Shown here piece by piece: positions 63,640 through 64,000 of a stretch of DNA of 64,000 nt; positions within the stretch are counted from its first letter, which is position 1, and the number at the start of each line of letters is the position of its first letter. This DNA comes from Octopus sinensis (taxonomy: Eukaryota): contig NC_043021.1 of the NCBI RefSeq assembly GCF_006345805.1, positions 8,680,001 to 8,744,000 of the forward strand, read 5' to 3'. A model generated the notes under the pieces. It made no database searches, had not been told where the DNA came from, and saw only the letters and a program-made list of their open reading frames with translations. The position numbers and the translations under genes were made by a program.

Positions 63640-64000
63640 AGGAGTGGCTGTGTGGTAAGTAGCTTGCTAACCAACCACATGGTTCCGGGTTCAGTCCCAC
63701 TGAGTGGCACCTTGGGCAAGTGTCTTCTACTATAGCCTCGGGCCGACCAAAGCCTTGTGAGTGGATTTGGTAGACGGAAACTGAAAGAAGCCCGTCGTAT
63801 ATATGTATATATATATGTATGTGTGTGTTTGTGTGTCTGTGTTTTTCCCCCCACCATTGCTTGACAACCAATGCTGGTATGTTCACGTCCCGTCACTTAG
63901 CGGTTCAGCAAAAGATACTGATAGAATAAGTACTAGGCTTACAAAGAATAAGTCCTGGGGTCGATTTACTCGACTAGAAGGCGGTGCTCCAGCATGGCCG
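63640..64000 (+). mobile_element. SINE family T, running off the window end
   Basis: Family consensus. Confidence 0.85.

Overview
AT-rich, repeat-dense eukaryotic DNA. The tRNA-headed SINE families and TA/CA/GATA/AAT microsatellite landscape look like an Octopus-type cephalopod genome (recognition, not a database result). The only well-supported host coding sequence is one 1295-nt minus-strand internal exon (19162-20456) with clean splice sites. It encodes about 410 aa of partly Ser/Asn/Thr-rich sequence followed by a helix in exact register with S2 of Hv (voltage-gated proton channel)/TMEM266-type voltage-sensor proteins, implying a very large glycosylated S1-S2 loop. S1, S3 and S4 exons could not be found; a coiled-coil-like segment at 9162-9341 is a weak candidate C-terminus. 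The rest is transposon-derived: about 40 SINE copies of several modular families, Tx1/L1-like and RTE-like LINE fragments, mariner/Tigger/maT remnants, MITEs (one Merlin-like with telomere-like repeats), non-autonomous Helitrons/Helentron, and Penelope-like ends carrying minimal hammerhead-ribozyme motifs (one inside a 71-bp-arm hairpin). There are also two near-identical tandem amplifications (860-bp x2; SINE-containing ~0.8-kb x4). Almost all ORFs in the supplied track are artefacts of microsatellites or SINEs.
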